Of a DNA stretch of 64,000 bases, positions 63,559 to 64,000 are shown piece after piece. The translations under genes and the position numbers were made by a program. Below the pieces are notes generated by a model, which ran no database searches, was not told the origin of the DNA, and saw only the letters and a list, made by a program, of their open reading frames with translations. The stretch is taken from contig CALWDZ010000004.1 of NCBI GenBank assembly GCA_944376845.1, positions 13,630-77,629 on the forward strand, in the 5' to 3' direction. This DNA comes from an uncultured Clostridia bacterium. Its GTDB lineage: Bacteria; Bacillota; Clostridia; Christensenellales; UBA1242. The number at the start of each line of letters is the position of its first letter. Position 1 is the first letter of the stretch.

Positions 63559-64000
63559 TTAAACTAAGAAATAATTGTTTTTAAGAGTTTCGGCACTAGT
63601 GCTAAGTTCACCTTCAAGAGAAGCAATATAATCATCAAAAGTATTTTTTGCTAAATTATCAATTACACTATTAAAATCAAGCACTGAGAAATTGGACAAC
63701 AACTCATCATAATCACTTGTATTTTGAATATAAGTTTTGTCATCAAGTATGATTGAATTCTCAAATCGTACCAAATTTTCAATAGATGAAGATAATGTAC
63801 TTTGCTCTACTTCCATAGTTGAATAATATTGACAAATACTATCAGCCCAATAGTTTAAAGACTTTATGTTGTATTTTGTTAATGGGTTTATTGCAAAAGT
63901 ATCCACCAAATAATTTTCAACAACATCAGCAAGTAGTCTATAGTAACTTGTAAGGCTTGTAGCAAAACTTATATAATATGTGTAATAGTTTTGTACATAT
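63559..64000 (-). CDS. Hypothetical protein; the N-terminal end runs off the window
   Basis: The reading frame stays open upstream of the track start (a TTG at 63909) to the window end (..YVQNYYTYYISFATSLTSYYRLLADVVENYLVDTF..). Confidence 0.4.
   Translation of the reverse strand, partial: YVQNYYTYYISFATSLTSYYRLLADVVENYLVDTFAINPLTKYNIKSLNYWADSICQYYSTMEVEQSTLSSSIENLVRFENSIILDDKTYIQNTSDYDELLSNFSVLDFNSVIDNLAKNTFDDYIASLEGELSTSAETLKNNYFLV

Noticed and set aside
1-64000. Alternative genetic code (TGA read as Trp), considered because of the low GC content.
   Set aside because: Conserved genes (tuf, fusA, uvrC, mnmA and ribosomal proteins) are full length under the standard code and end at normal positions, including at TGA stops.

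Overview
This is an AT-rich chromosomal segment (roughly one-third GC by eye, standard genetic code). The gene content points to an endospore-forming Firmicute, probably Clostridia-like. I support about 64 protein-coding genes, most on the minus strand.

Gene content:
- Germination and sporulation: a gerA-type receptor operon (A-B-C), yabP-yabQ-divIC, spoIIR, sleB-ypeB, veg, and a SafA-like DUF3794/LysM protein.
- Diaminopimelate/lysine genes at two loci: asd-dapA-dapB-aspartokinase, and dapF-dapL.
- Translation: the str operon (rpsL-rpsG-fusA-tuf) and rpsF-ssb-rpsR.
- DNA repair: uvrC, rmuC, ku.
- RNA modification: cca, tlyA, mnmA, tilS.
- Also hsp20, mscL, several transporters, and several lipoproteins and surface proteins.

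I found no rRNA, tRNA, CRISPR array, transposase or prophage.

The most unusual content is non-coding. Two families of GC-richer, hairpin-forming intergenic repeats occur at eight or more intergenic loci. Their stems differ between copies but stay complementary. Some copies sit inside the normally compact str operon spacers.

Other points worth a second look:
- A Rho-like protein that appears to lack a P-loop, just downstream of sleB-ypeB.
- A 17-nt poly-C tract in a divergent promoter region.
- A terminator/antiterminator leader with a Lys-rich mini-ORF upstream of asd.
- Textbook sigma-G-type promoters upstream of the gerA-type operon and ku.
- An ABC ATPase fused to a large polytopic membrane domain.

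All family assignments come from motif recognition by eye, not from searches. Start codons I moved away from the ORF track are noted in the evidence fields.
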